The notes under the pieces: generated by a model | Told to the model about the DNA's origin: nothing | What the model saw: only the letters and a program-made list of their open reading frames with translations | Databases searched by the model: none | Translations under genes and position numbers: made by a program | Part shown: in pieces, positions 9,216 through 20,365 of the stretch | Numbering within the stretch: position 1 is the first letter of the stretch | Layout of the letters: each line of letters begins with the position of its first letter | Assembly: GCA_002715725.1 (NCBI GenBank) | Contig: PAZU01000004.1 | Coordinates: 18,580-82,579, forward strand | Source: Methanobacteriota archaeon | Lineage (GTDB): Archaea; Thermoplasmatota; Poseidoniia; Poseidoniales; Poseidoniaceae | DNA: 64,000 nt | Direction of reading: 5' to 3'

Positions 9216-10175
9216 CTACTGATCGTCCTGTGAGTCTCCGGAATTTCTCCAGACGACTTCTGGCTCCTTATCTCCATCTTCAGAGGATTCATCTGTAGAT
9301 TCCTCTTCAGCTGGTGCTTCTTCAGCTGGCGCATCTTTTGCTGCGAAGTCTGATGCTGCTGCTCCTAACTCTGAACCTTTGAGGTATTTGTTTCCGTCCA
9401 TATCATAGGATTTTGCGAACTCGATGAATGCATCACGGTCAGTGATTCCATTCTTCTGCATGACTCCAACTAGGACTGATTCTGACCAATTCCATTCGTC
9501 TTCATCAGAGTCTTCGGATGTTGCTTCATCGCTAGCCTCAGGAGTGTTTTCTGATTCAACGGCTTCAATTTCTGATGCTTCTTCAAGAGTCATTTCAGCA
9601 GCACGCGCCTCGACCATTTCTTCCATTCTTTCACTGATGGCTCTGCCCATGTGCTGTGATTGCCTTTCTGCTTCTGCAGCTGCTTCAATCATCTCATATC
9701 TGCGCTTGATCGCCTTGTTCAAATCCTCGAATAATGACATGTGATCCATGTACCAATCATCTCTAGTTTGCAATTCTACAACTGCAAGTCGCAGATCATT
9801 ATCTAATTCTTCTGCAATGGAGAATACCTTGCCCAGACGGTCCTTTTCACGAGAGAACTTCTCTTCCATCTTCTGCAATTCTGGCTCTAGGTGCTCGACT
9901 TGCTTGCTGGACTTGCCCGCTTTCATCTCTAAATCGCGAATCCTTGCATCCTTTTCGGTTAGCAAGGCTTCAAGACTCTCTTTTTCGATTTCGCGCTCTA
10001 CGATTTCTTTCTCGAGAACTTCGACTTCCGCTTTAGTATCTCTCAATTCTGCTTCTTGCTGCTCATAAGCTGCATACAACTTGAGCAGACGGTCTGTTTC
10101 TTCCTCAAGTTTCTCTGTGAGTTCTTTAATTTGAGTTTCTGGAGTAATGGTTCCGGTATCAGACATTTCTCTCAC
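9216..10175 (-). CDS. Coiled-coil protein with C-terminal EF-hand-like loop
   Basis: Long E/K/L heptad region; DMDGNKYLKGSE; GTG start after AGGTGA. Confidence 0.7.
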   Translation of the reverse strand: MREMSDTGTITPETQIKELTEKLEEETDRLLKLYAAYEQQEAELRDTKAEVEVLEKEIVEREIEKESLEALLTEKDARIRDLEMKAGKSSKQVEHLEPELQKMEEKFSREKDRLGKVFSIAEELDNDLRLAVVELQTRDDWYMDHMSLFEDLNKAIKRRYEMIEAAAEAERQSQHMGRAISERMEEMVEARAAEMTLEEASEIEAVESENTPEASDEATSEDSDEDEWNWSESVLVGVMQKNGITDRDAFIEFAKSYDMDGNKYLKGSELGAAASDFAAKDAPAEEAPAEEESTDESSEDGDKEPEVVWRNSGDSQDDQ

Positions 10176-10260
10176 CTAAGGCTACGCCTTCCTCTCTACC
10201 CACATTGGTCCTACATATCAAGCCGACGCTTCATCGTAGCGCAAAATATCGTTCTGATAA

Positions 10261-11223
10261 TTATTCAATCGCGTCGGTTGCAGCAACCAATTCTCTCGCA
10301 ATACTAGTTTCTCCCATCGAATGACCTGCATCAGCAACCATGACTAATTTGCTATTTGGTAATGCTTTATGCAATTGCCATGCGCTACGAGCTGGACAAA
10401 CCATATCATATCGTCCTTGAACTATTGTGGTTGGAATCTCTTGAATCGTTGAAACATGGTTGAGAATGTAGGCTTCTTCGACGAAAATTGCATTGATGAA
10501 ATAATGGCATTCGATGCGGGCAAAAGCGACTGCGAAATCCAAATCTTCTGCTTTGTCCAAATATTCAGGATCGGGGAATAGCCTACTAGTTGCCATTTCC
10601 CATCGAGTCCACTCTCTAGCAGCAGCCCTTCTTACCTCTACGTCATCGCTTGTCAATCGAGAATAATATGCGTTGATGAAATCGTGTTGTTCATCGACTG
10701 GAATATGGTCTCTGTACGAGTCAAATGCATCTGGGAAAACATGGCTAGCGCCATCTTGGTAAAACCAGTGAAGTTCGCTTTTCCTACACATGAAAATTCC
10801 GCGTAATACCAAACTCAATACTCTCTCTGGATGATTTTGAGCATAAATCAGTGATAGAGTCGAACCCCAAGAACCGCCAAATACATGCCATTCATCGATT
10901 CCTAAATGTTGGCGTAGCATCTCCAAATCTGAGACTGATGCTTGCGTATTATTGTCTTGCAATTCGGCGTAAGGGGTTGATTTGCCACAACCTCTCTGGT
11001 CAAATTGAATGATGTCGAATTTATTTGGGTCAAAATATCTACGATATGACGGCTGACTACCTCCGCCTGGGCCACCATGAATCACAATCACTGGAATGCC
11101 GTCTGAATTGCCACTCCTCTCCCATGCTATGGTATGCAACTTGGACACCTGCAAAAATCCTGTTGAGTGGGCTTCTATTTTCGGATACAATACTTCGTCA
11201 ATACTCTGTAAGGAGATTTGCAT
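10261..11223 (-). CDS. pip: Proline iminopeptidase
   Basis: HGGPGGG, FDQRGCG, GGSWG, QGRYD, AGHS; start uncertain. Confidence 0.93.
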   Translation of the reverse strand: MQISLQSIDEVLYPKIEAHSTGFLQVSKLHTIAWERSGNSDGIPVIVIHGGPGGGSQPSYRRYFDPNKFDIIQFDQRGCGKSTPYAELQDNNTQASVSDLEMLRQHLGIDEWHVFGGSWGSTLSLIYAQNHPERVLSLVLRGIFMCRKSELHWFYQDGASHVFPDAFDSYRDHIPVDEQHDFINAYYSRLTSDDVEVRRAAAREWTRWEMATSRLFPDPEYLDKAEDLDFAVAFARIECHYFINAIFVEEAYILNHVSTIQEIPTTIVQGRYDMVCPARSAWQLHKALPNSKLVMVADAGHSMGETSIARELVAATDAIE

Positions 11224-11302
11224 GATGCGGGCAATGAAACCTAGATGATGTTCCTTTCGATTGAGGCATACGGTTATCGAGGGCTTCGTTTTGGAGCGAA
11301 AT

Positions 11303-11920
11303 ATGGCCAAAAAGGCAGCAACTGAAGTGTTCTCGCAATGGGCTCTTATCGGAAAAGATGAGGGGATGGAAAGAGGACATGCTGCTTCGGTTAAAGCAAT
11401 GCTAGAACTAGCATTGCCTAAGGTAAAATCAGAATTTTCAGCAATTGATTTGGGTTGCGGTAATGGCTGGGTTGTACGTCTGTTATCAAAAATGGGTGCA
11501 TCTCATGTTGAAGGCGTAGATGGTGCAATCGAGATGATTAAGAAGGCTCAAGAAAAGGATTCTGAACACAAATATTCTCACGGAATGTTACCGGAATGGA
11601 GCCCCGGAAGAAGGTTCGACTTAGTTCACTCAATGGAATTTCTATACTACCTTCAAGATCCTGCAGAAATGATTTCGATTATTCATGACCAATGGTTAAC
11701 CAATGGAGGGATATTGATAGCAGGTGTTGACCACTATTTGGAACATGAAGAATCCCTAACATGGCCTGAGCATGTAGGTGTGCACATGAAAACCATGCAA
11801 ATATCAGAATGGGAAGAAGCCATGAAAGTAGCAGGATTTAGAGAAATAGAAATCCATCAAGTTGCTTCTAAAGAAGGTTTTCCTGGAACCTTAGTCATGC
11901 TTGGGCGGGCTAATCATTAG
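11303..11920 (+). CDS. Class I SAM-dependent methyltransferase
   Basis: IDLGCGNG, GVDG, FDLVHSME. Confidence 0.88.
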   Translation: MAKKAATEVFSQWALIGKDEGMERGHAASVKAMLELALPKVKSEFSAIDLGCGNGWVVRLLSKMGASHVEGVDGAIEMIKKAQEKDSEHKYSHGMLPEWSPGRRFDLVHSMEFLYYLQDPAEMISIIHDQWLTNGGILIAGVDHYLEHEESLTWPEHVGVHMKTMQISEWEEAMKVAGFREIEIHQVASKEGFPGTLVMLGRANH

Positions 11921-14900
11921 GGTCTTCTAAACTAATATTGCCTGAAAAGAATATACACGCTTTACACACTTCTGGATTTGAGCATTGAGGTGGCTGATAA
12001 TCATCACCAACCGCCGAAATATAGCCCATCCAATCAATCAATCCTTTTAGCTCAGATTGGGTTTTTTTGTATTCTTCATCTCGCATTCGAATCATTCGTC
12101 CAGATGCTGCAACTAAGATTGCAGGCGGCAGTATCTTGCGTTGTTGCGAAACCGGTTTCTTACTTTCGTTCTCTTCTAATGCCAGGCAGTAAAGAGTCAA
12201 CTGGAAGCGATGCGCATCTAATATTTCTTTTTCAGATTCACTTTCAGCATACGGCGAATCGGTACCTGAGACAACCTGTAATGGATGTCCATCTTCGGGT
12301 GATTCTCGATTATATCCAGTTAAGCAGCCCTTGGTCTTGGCATCCACCACTTGTAGCCAACCTTGCCCAGCATTATCTCTCAAAGCCAATACAAGGTCGG
12401 CCCTTCCATCAAAGATTGTATGAACCTCCTCGATTTTCACGAGGGGTATTTCTCCTCTGGGGGACCAGCATTTTCTTTCGATTTCGTGGTTTGACTTTCT
12501 GACGAAATTAAATGGCAATTCAGTTCGCAAACCCTCTACTTTCATTTCATGAATGCTCTCGCCTTGAGTTAACTTCCCTAGTACTCCATCGTCGACTAAT
12601 TTAGCAAGATGATACATTCTAGAACGGACTCTTTTGGTCATCAGGGAATCACTGAAAGATGATTGGGCTAATACTTCATCAAAAGTATCTTCATCCAAGA
12701 GTCGATTCGGTTGAGAATTTGTCCATGTTGCATCAAGATCCTCACGTTTAGTTGCAGGGTTTGCTAAACCGATTTCCAATAGTCTATGGAAAAGTGACCC
12801 GAACTCTTGTGCTGAGGGCCAGAAATCCTCTTTTATTTTGAGTGGGATAAAATTCAGCGGTTCGGCACGCCAATTCATCCGTACCGCGAGCCAGTGTCTT
12901 CTACGACAATTCCATGCTGCATCTAATGAATGTGAAGGCAGTCCAATTTCATGGATTGCTTTTCTTGGACGAGGTGAAGGCTTGACCTCAGTTGCATTAG
13001 CTATTGCGCTAATCCTCTCCTGCCATTTTTGTAATGGTGATTTTAACGGTATTGAATCGAAACAAGAAGGGTGGTGGAAAATTGCAATTCCGTCTACGCT
13101 ATCTTCTGGTAAAAATCCATTTTCAATCAGAACGCCTGGGTCTAGTCGTAAGACATTCCCCGTTTGTTCTAAGCCCCCTTCCGACCAAGTGCTGCCTTCA
13201 TTTCCAGCCTTAATCGACGAAAAGGCTAGGCCGTCTAGGAGCATATATCCCATGTTCTCACGAGCCTGCCCTCTGCTCATTTCCAAATATCCATCTGAGG
13301 AAATGTTGGCCCCTCCGCTTGGAGTCCCAACCACGATGACACGGTCTCTTGCCCTAGTTAGAGCAACGTAGAATTGACGGCGCCTCTCAGCCATTCTTTG
13401 GCCCTCCTCCATCATTGATGCTAGAGCCCATAAGCCACTTTCGGGTTTGTCAACTCCTCTCCATGGGTGAATTCGGCCTGCAATCATTTCAGGCGTAACA
13501 AGAACATTGTCGCTAGAGGAAAGACTGGAGTCTCTAGCACCAATATTGAATAAATCGTAGAGAACTACAACTGGAGATTCTAATCCTTTTGAACTATGTA
13601 TTGTAAGTACCTTAACCGCTCCAGTGGTTGCATCTGATGTACTCTTTGGCCCGTCAGAATCTAAATCTTCTAGTTCTCTTAATCTCAATTGGGCCAAAGC
13701 TGCATCTCCGCCTTCTTTCTCCAAAATCCTCTCGAATAATGAAAGCCAATTATTGACATCCTGCCGGTCCCCCTCCCTCGGGAATGTTCTGAGTAAATCT
13801 GAGTGGTCTATCATGGTATTTATGGCACGCAGAATGTCGTTATGAGCCACTAAAGAGGCGAATTTCTCTAGGAGGTTTTTCAGCTCCACGGTTGGAACAA
13901 TGTCTGCCAAGCCTAGTATCTGGTTACCAGTTGATTCTAACAAGTGGTCATTGAGTGTTGCATCGTCTAAACCGACTAAACAAGATTGTCCAACCGCTAA
14001 AGCTGCAGCTCTATCATTGGGTGAACATGCAAGCCATAGTAAAGACATCAGAGGCTGTATTGCGGGACGTTGGAGTAGTATGCCTTGCTTATCGGCAATA
14101 GCAGGTATCCCATGTTCTTCCAAGACATTTAGGATATCGGGAATTCTACTCCTTGAAGCGACTAAAATCATGATGTCTTCCGGCAAGATTTGATGTGCCG
14201 CTCCGTCTACTTCCTTCCACGAATCATTTTTACAATCTTTAACCCGAGTTTTCTGTCCACTCAGCAGAGAAACTAGCCGCTTTGCAAGCAACTGGTTTGA
14301 GAGATCCCTATTGGTAGAATCTATGTTTTCAAAGGGATTTATTGGGACAGAAAGGTCTTCAGGAATTTCCGATACTTCAGTTCTTGCAGGTAAAATCCAT
14401 TCGAACGCCGACTCGAAATCGGACTTACGTCCCGGCAGAAGATCTTGCGCCTCAGCATGCCAAGGCCCAGGTAATGCCTGATGCCTTCTTGAAAAGGTAT
14501 CTTGGAAAATGTGATTCATTGTGTTCAGCAAACCAGGTAATGTTCGATGATTGATACGCATTTCAATATGGCCTTGAGAACGTTTGCTGATAACATCAGA
14601 ATCTACTTTAGAAGGATTATCATCATTGGCAAACAATATCCATTCTTCTCTTTTCGAGTCATCAGAAATCATCTCACTAGAACGGATAAAACCAGTTTCT
14701 TCTCCTCCTTTTCCAGGAATTGGACGAGGGTCTCTAGAACTTCCTGACTTCTTTAAATCACTAAGACGATGTTCCATAGCGGACTCATCCATGTTTATGT
14801 TACGAATTATCTCTACAGCCCTACGCATTACAGTAAGTTCTGCCTGACGGAACCGATAGATGGATTGTTTCATATCGCCCACAATACAGACCGTTGGGTC

Positions 14901-16703
14901 CCATTCTCCAGCAGGTGGCCGGAGCTCGTCGCTCTCTAAATGTCGCCTGCCCCACAAACGAGCTAAAAGACGGAAATGTTGTGGATTTGTATCCTGGTAT
15001 TCATCAATAATGAAGGCTCGATAACCACGCCTCAATTCTCGTAAAATTGTGATTCTTCTCATCAAATCTTCATGGACTTCAGATTTACCATTACAGGCGA
15101 CTATTGCCCTTGAAAGATGATCGTCTAACCATGGCTTATCTCCTATCGAATCTAATGCATCAATAACATTGGTAGGATACCAAGTGCGACATACTGCGGG
15201 ACATCTTGTTAACAGCAAGTCCTCTGCAAAGCGATGCATATCGTCATGATCAGTCACTCCTTCCTGGGATTTCAAACGAGCCAAAATCTCTTGGATTCCA
15301 TTATTTACGGTGAATAGGTCTTGAATTACTTCAATCTCTAAATCAGTAGTCAACCGCATTGCCCTATCCACTGGTAATTGAGGTAGATCCACACCGATTC
15401 TCGGGGGGTGGGCATATTGCCCTTCAACCGGTACGGGTTCGGCTATGCAAGGATTGAGTAAGAATGATGCACGGCCTATACTCCTCAAAAGTAAGCCATT
15501 TGCTGTACTCATCATTGAACGAATTGGAATAGAAAGTGCCTCTGCATTACTTGTTATCAAATTCTTTACATCTGCAGTCATTGCTTTATTTGCAGTCTTT
15601 GAAAGTATACCAGAGGGCCAGCCTTGAGAGGTAGGAGGTGATGCTCTGGACAAGGCTTTGCAATCTATTTTGTTAATTTTTGCAGCTGGCGCGATAGCAT
15701 GGGATACAAGCCATATCCACTGCAATCTCCAGATTTGTTCATCGGAATTAAGCGTGCACAGATTTTGAACATACCTGAAGCGAGTCATTCCATCTGAACA
15801 GTCTGCACCTGTAATGAAGTGGGCACCACCATCTAACCAATTGTCGACCCATTCTTCTATCAAAGTCCGAAAATCAAGATACCATGCATCCAGAATGTCA
15901 GCAGTTGGCTCTAAGAACAAATGGTCGAGATCTTCTACCAAAATATTTCTACCTTTATCTCCCATCGACCTTGCTGCTTCCTCTACGAATAACGAGCGTT
16001 TCATCAAGCCTCTGATTACCGTAGATGATGCACTCTGGCCTCCTAATCTAACAGAAAGACGGTCTCTTGCTTCTAGGAATTCCTCGATGTCTCCGGTCAT
16101 TCCGACCTCAATTGCATCTATTCCTTTCTGAAGCCGCCATGCCGTACGAATCGCTTCTTCACGAAGTAAAATACTACCTTCTTCGTCAACTTGCTCACCA
16201 CCAGGATTGTCGCAAACTAATCCTATCCATGGTGAAACTATTGATGACAAGAACGCATCGATAGTTGAAATAGGGGCGTCTTCCATTAATGAAAGAAGCA
16301 TTTCTACATCTCCTTGATCTGAAATCCTAGTGTCATGGACTCCATTGAAATCGCCTTCTGCGGGAGGTGCTGCTCTGAGAGAAGATATCAATCTTCGAAT
16401 CTTTCCTTTCAATTCAGCAGCTGCTTTTCGAGTAAATGTAATGGCTACTGTTTCAGTTGGTAGAAGACCTCTCCAATCCTTAAGAGAAGTTCTTTCAATT
16501 GCCGGGCAACGGATCGCACCCATGCCTTTGAGAGGAACACGAGCAGCAGGTGGAAGGACGCGGGTTGCTCTTTGCTTGTGTGATAATATGTGCTGGACAT
16601 AGCGATGTGCCATTACTGTAGTTTTACCGGTTCCGGCGCCAGCATCTAAAGCGATGTGTCTGTCGATATCTAGACCTAGCTTTTGAGAGTGATTTAATTT
16701 CAT
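11910..16703 (-). CDS. AddA-like UvrD helicase with C-terminal PD-(D/E)XK nuclease
   Basis: AGAGTGKT, ITFTRKAA, DEYQDT, VGDMKQSIYRFR, TIHSSKGLE, YVALTRA; GRADLV..VDAKT..QLTLY. Confidence 0.9.
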   Translation of the reverse strand: MKLNHSQKLGLDIDRHIALDAGAGTGKTTVMAHRYVQHILSHKQRATRVLPPAARVPLKGMGAIRCPAIERTSLKDWRGLLPTETVAITFTRKAAAELKGKIRRLISSLRAAPPAEGDFNGVHDTRISDQGDVEMLLSLMEDAPISTIDAFLSSIVSPWIGLVCDNPGGEQVDEEGSILLREEAIRTAWRLQKGIDAIEVGMTGDIEEFLEARDRLSVRLGGQSASSTVIRGLMKRSLFVEEAARSMGDKGRNILVEDLDHLFLEPTADILDAWYLDFRTLIEEWVDNWLDGGAHFITGADCSDGMTRFRYVQNLCTLNSDEQIWRLQWIWLVSHAIAPAAKINKIDCKALSRASPPTSQGWPSGILSKTANKAMTADVKNLITSNAEALSIPIRSMMSTANGLLLRSIGRASFLLNPCIAEPVPVEGQYAHPPRIGVDLPQLPVDRAMRLTTDLEIEVIQDLFTVNNGIQEILARLKSQEGVTDHDDMHRFAEDLLLTRCPAVCRTWYPTNVIDALDSIGDKPWLDDHLSRAIVACNGKSEVHEDLMRRITILRELRRGYRAFIIDEYQDTNPQHFRLLARLWGRRHLESDELRPPAGEWDPTVCIVGDMKQSIYRFRQAELTVMRRAVEIIRNINMDESAMEHRLSDLKKSGSSRDPRPIPGKGGEETGFIRSSEMISDDSKREEWILFANDDNPSKVDSDVISKRSQGHIEMRINHRTLPGLLNTMNHIFQDTFSRRHQALPGPWHAEAQDLLPGRKSDFESAFEWILPARTEVSEIPEDLSVPINPFENIDSTNRDLSNQLLAKRLVSLLSGQKTRVKDCKNDSWKEVDGAAHQILPEDIMILVASRSRIPDILNVLEEHGIPAIADKQGILLQRPAIQPLMSLLWLACSPNDRAAALAVGQSCLVGLDDATLNDHLLESTGNQILGLADIVPTVELKNLLEKFASLVAHNDILRAINTMIDHSDLLRTFPREGDRQDVNNWLSLFERILEKEGGDAALAQLRLRELEDLDSDGPKSTSDATTGAVKVLTIHSSKGLESPVVVLYDLFNIGARDSSLSSSDNVLVTPEMIAGRIHPWRGVDKPESGLWALASMMEEGQRMAERRRQFYVALTRARDRVIVVGTPSGGANISSDGYLEMSRGQARENMGYMLLDGLAFSSIKAGNEGSTWSEGGLEQTGNVLRLDPGVLIENGFLPEDSVDGIAIFHHPSCFDSIPLKSPLQKWQERISAIANATEVKPSPRPRKAIHEIGLPSHSLDAAWNCRRRHWLAVRMNWRAEPLNFIPLKIKEDFWPSAQEFGSLFHRLLEIGLANPATKREDLDATWTNSQPNRLLDEDTFDEVLAQSSFSDSLMTKRVRSRMYHLAKLVDDGVLGKLTQGESIHEMKVEGLRTELPFNFVRKSNHEIERKCWSPRGEIPLVKIEEVHTIFDGRADLVLALRDNAGQGWLQVVDAKTKGCLTGYNRESPEDGHPLQVVSGTDSPYAESESEKEILDAHRFQLTLYCLALEENESKKPVSQQRKILPPAILVAASGRMIRMRDEEYKKTQSELKGLIDWMGYISAVGDDYQPPQCSNPEVCKACIFFSGNISLEDPND

Positions 16704-19700
16704 TACCAACCACCTCTCTTAGATCCTAGGCAAGAGCCAATTGTCGGGCAATTACAGGGTATTTTCCCTGCTTCAGCATTCTCAATAACACGATTAGCTG
16801 TTGTTATCCTCTCTCTCATCCAAGCCCTAAATGGGTTTGATTCAGCGGGTGTTGACTCGCCAGGACGCCGATATTGGTTGACCAAACTTTGAGTTACAAT
16901 ACCAACCTTTGATTCACTCAACAAATCAATAAAATCAGGGTCCAATTCCACCCAAGGGTGAGTGTCGATTCCAACCTGAGTTACTCCAATTCCAATTACT
17001 CTATGACCTGGATTGCCAATTTCCCAAGCCCTTGCATAGAGGGCGAGTTGGACTTCATCGAACAGTCCTTTCAAATGACGAGCTTCTTTTCCATCATCTT
17101 TAGGGCCATCCATGGATTTGATATCTCTGATTATTACCAATTTGCTAACTGGAACATGTTGTTTCAAATTCAAATCCAAAGGAATCGTTTCGGCTTCTTT
17201 TTCTAATTCGTAATCAACCAAAACTTCGTCTACCTTATCGATGAAACCAGTTATCTTGAAACTTTTTTCTTCCGTTTCCTGTTCAGGAGAGGATGGAAGA
17301 ACAATTGTAACATTTCTATTGCTATTTACCCGGACTTCCCATTCACTAGCGATAGGAGCACAATCTCTCAATCCGAAGTCTGCTTGAATCATTCTACCAA
17401 GACGTCCACCTACAGGAATGGTTTCTTCTCCCTCTAACCAAGAGACCCATTGAGACGGAGATACGCCGATTAAATCTCTACAGCGATGAGCGGCGACTCC
17501 ATCGGCTCGCTTCATCCAGGGCGCTTTTTCCATCAACGTTTTTAGCACAACTTGCCATGCATCATTGATATCTTTTAGAGGCCCTTCAGCAAGTGTGATT
17601 GCTTGTTCAGCAATCTGTTCATCTTCCACGCCATGTGCTCGTAAAACAGCCTCTTCGACAAAGTGGACAATATTTCCTCGAGCATTTGCAGCGAGATCTT
17701 CTGGTACTTTTTCCTCCTGGCCTAATCTCAAATGACGATCAATCCAAGCCTTTCTTGGACAGAATAGCCATGCCTGTAATCTGCTTTGTGACCATATCTT
17801 TGGTAGCCTCAATGAAACTCCAGTAATTCCAGTACGCTCATCTAGAGTTTTGATACCTGTTGAAGAAGGCAATATAGGTCGAGGATCAATTCCAAGGATT
17901 GCTTTCTTTTCTGTTACTTCGCCAAGGTGGGGCCACTGTGAAGAGTCTCTAGCACTTGGGATATTATTTCGATTGGGAATCAACCTGTAATCCTTGGTTC
18001 TAATCATTTTTCCAGAGTCCTCGAAAGGGAAAATCTCCCCTACATCGAATGAAGAAATTCCTTTTCGGCGATTGTACTGGTCAGGCAATAGATCCTTCTT
18101 GACGGCCTCAAGAATAGAATTCTGATTCAAAGGTTGGCTAGTTATTTCTCGCCCTTCAATAGATGCAAGACCCGCTCTTTGGAGCTCATCTCTTGGTAGT
18201 TTACCGCTACGATGGGTCCTGACCCCGTCCGCTAACATTTCCATAGAACTTACTTTGTGAACTAAACGTAAACCGATGTCCGGAATCGTTTGCCATGACC
18301 AAGAGCGGTCTGGAGTATCTGGTTTCCAATCATTGGAATCGATGAATGAGGGTGGATTTTCTAAATTCAACTCGTCTTCATCTGTAGAAATTGTGCTAAA
18401 CCATTCTTCCAAAGGGCCCGCTGGTTCAATCCCATCTTGAAGGCTTGAATCTAGGATAACAACAGTCTTGGAACTATTGAGTAAGTGGCGAAGATGATGA
18501 CGGCCTTTTCGTAAGCCGTCATCTGGTCGATTTATTCCAAGGCGCATTCTTGACATTTCGTCTAACCATGGAACTGATGGTGACTTCATTGACCATTTGT
18601 TTGAGTTTAGTCCGCTAAGAATGAGAGTATCACTAGTCGTACCTAATGCTTGGTTCGGATTAAGTATCCTAATGCCCGTATCTGTGCCTCTTCGCGAGGG
18701 TAACTGAGTGTTGCTCGCCAAGTGTTGAAGCATTTCATAGAAGTCGTCCCCTTCAAAATCGAGTCCCATTTCTTGAGTTAATCTAGTTAAAGATTCAATG
18801 AAATATTGAAGTCCAGGAATTGAATTAGACTCTACAGAATCTCTGCCTGCTAATAATCGCCAGTCAATTTGTTCTAACAAAGAGTTGAACCAAATAATCG
18901 GGTTTTCTATTAGCTCAGGTAGAGGTAGTTCCTCTCCTGAAATACATCCAATACATTTCTGCATCGCAACCTCTCTGTCCTGTTTTGAAAGAATTGGAGC
19001 CATCCATCTCGACATTGCAGCCAGCCACCATTGGCTTTCTTCTAATGCCCGAGATTGGTCTTCATCTCCAGTAAAACGAGGAGTGGCTTGAGAAAGGGTT
19101 GAGAGCCATCTGCGAAGAGAACCTCTGCCTCCCAATATGTGAAATCCTCTAGCAATCTCTACCAAAGTTTCCGGATGTAATTTCGGTTTCCAAGCAGGAT
19201 CTGTCGGGTGTTCGAGGTTCATTACCCCCCAAGTCATTGGAAGACCTATTTGTTCAACTAAATCGGTTAAACGAGTCAATGACCATGCTTCTTCACCACG
19301 TGAGATTCCAATAATAGAAAGTATCCTTGAGACCGCTGGACTTGATGATATTGTAGAATTTTCTCCCCGCAGACGAAAACCCTGATTCTCAAGGTGAGAT
19401 GAAAGTTTTTTTCGCAGGTTACTAGAGTCTCCGTCGACTATCATTACGTCTCCTTCAACTCGAGAAAGTAAATCTCCAATGGCTGAAATACTCTGGTTTT
19501 CTGACTCTACCATAAGGTGGTATATGTTGCTATTAGAATTAGGTGACTTCCAACCTTGTTGCTGTTTAGGTATCCATACCTTATGCTCAGGGACCCAATT
19601 TGGAAGGTCTGATTGTTTTCTTACTGGATGTATATCTTCGATGTACTCCCCATGATATCCAAGGCGATGGGAACCGGGATTTACAAGTTGGTGGAGATTT

Positions 19701-20365
19701 ACTAGTTGACTTATCCTACTCATTATAGCAATCTCAACTTCGCTCAAACTGCTAGCATGATCAAGCATGATTATCCCGGACAAATCTCTAAGACTGAAAG
19801 GTATTTGGTCGGTTTCAGTTATTGCGTCTAGAACTACTCTAGCCCTTCGTGAAGGATGAGTCATCCCAGTTTTATTTTCTAACTTCTTCAACGCTTTGTC
19901 GCATGAAATTGCACCAGGGTCTTCCTCCCAGTTGTGAGGTTTAAGAAGCGAAATTATTTCTCTGTGTAATGATAAAATCCTGTGAGACCTTGAACGCGTC
20001 CAAACATTTTGAGGATTTGGCTGAAGTAGTGGAAATCCATAATCAGCGGCATGAGATGATAGAGCCTGATGCGTTAGTTCGAATGTAACACCATCGTCTT
20101 CCATAACAGCAGGTAATCGTAAATCGATATGTAACATCGATATTAATCTCTGAATTGTAAGATGGTGAGATGAATCAACAATGCCTCCACCAATCATGTT
20201 ATGCAAATCGGAAATTGTTTGCTTTCTTGATGCCTCCGTTGAATGGATAACCATCAACCGTTGGCCCGAAACAATCGCCTCTAACAACCAGTTAGGAGCG
20301 CCAACACCGGCCTCTATTGCCTCCATTGACAAAATAGGTTGTTCGGATTCATTAGCGGACATCAT
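16703..20365 (-). CDS. AddB-like subunit: inactive helicase-like region plus PD-(D/E)XK nuclease
   Basis: No Walker A; WSQSRLQAWLFCPRK, GFIDKVD, DIKS, QLALY; TAATG coupling to the AddA-like gene. Confidence 0.8.
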   Translation of the reverse strand: MMSANESEQPILSMEAIEAGVGAPNWLLEAIVSGQRLMVIHSTEASRKQTISDLHNMIGGGIVDSSHHLTIQRLISMLHIDLRLPAVMEDDGVTFELTHQALSSHAADYGFPLLQPNPQNVWTRSRSHRILSLHREIISLLKPHNWEEDPGAISCDKALKKLENKTGMTHPSRRARVVLDAITETDQIPFSLRDLSGIIMLDHASSLSEVEIAIMSRISQLVNLHQLVNPGSHRLGYHGEYIEDIHPVRKQSDLPNWVPEHKVWIPKQQQGWKSPNSNSNIYHLMVESENQSISAIGDLLSRVEGDVMIVDGDSSNLRKKLSSHLENQGFRLRGENSTISSSPAVSRILSIIGISRGEEAWSLTRLTDLVEQIGLPMTWGVMNLEHPTDPAWKPKLHPETLVEIARGFHILGGRGSLRRWLSTLSQATPRFTGDEDQSRALEESQWWLAAMSRWMAPILSKQDREVAMQKCIGCISGEELPLPELIENPIIWFNSLLEQIDWRLLAGRDSVESNSIPGLQYFIESLTRLTQEMGLDFEGDDFYEMLQHLASNTQLPSRRGTDTGIRILNPNQALGTTSDTLILSGLNSNKWSMKSPSVPWLDEMSRMRLGINRPDDGLRKGRHHLRHLLNSSKTVVILDSSLQDGIEPAGPLEEWFSTISTDEDELNLENPPSFIDSNDWKPDTPDRSWSWQTIPDIGLRLVHKVSSMEMLADGVRTHRSGKLPRDELQRAGLASIEGREITSQPLNQNSILEAVKKDLLPDQYNRRKGISSFDVGEIFPFEDSGKMIRTKDYRLIPNRNNIPSARDSSQWPHLGEVTEKKAILGIDPRPILPSSTGIKTLDERTGITGVSLRLPKIWSQSRLQAWLFCPRKAWIDRHLRLGQEEKVPEDLAANARGNIVHFVEEAVLRAHGVEDEQIAEQAITLAEGPLKDINDAWQVVLKTLMEKAPWMKRADGVAAHRCRDLIGVSPSQWVSWLEGEETIPVGGRLGRMIQADFGLRDCAPIASEWEVRVNSNRNVTIVLPSSPEQETEEKSFKITGFIDKVDEVLVDYELEKEAETIPLDLNLKQHVPVSKLVIIRDIKSMDGPKDDGKEARHLKGLFDEVQLALYARAWEIGNPGHRVIGIGVTQVGIDTHPWVELDPDFIDLLSESKVGIVTQSLVNQYRRPGESTPAESNPFRAWMRERITTANRVIENAEAGKIPCNCPTIGSCLGSKRGGW

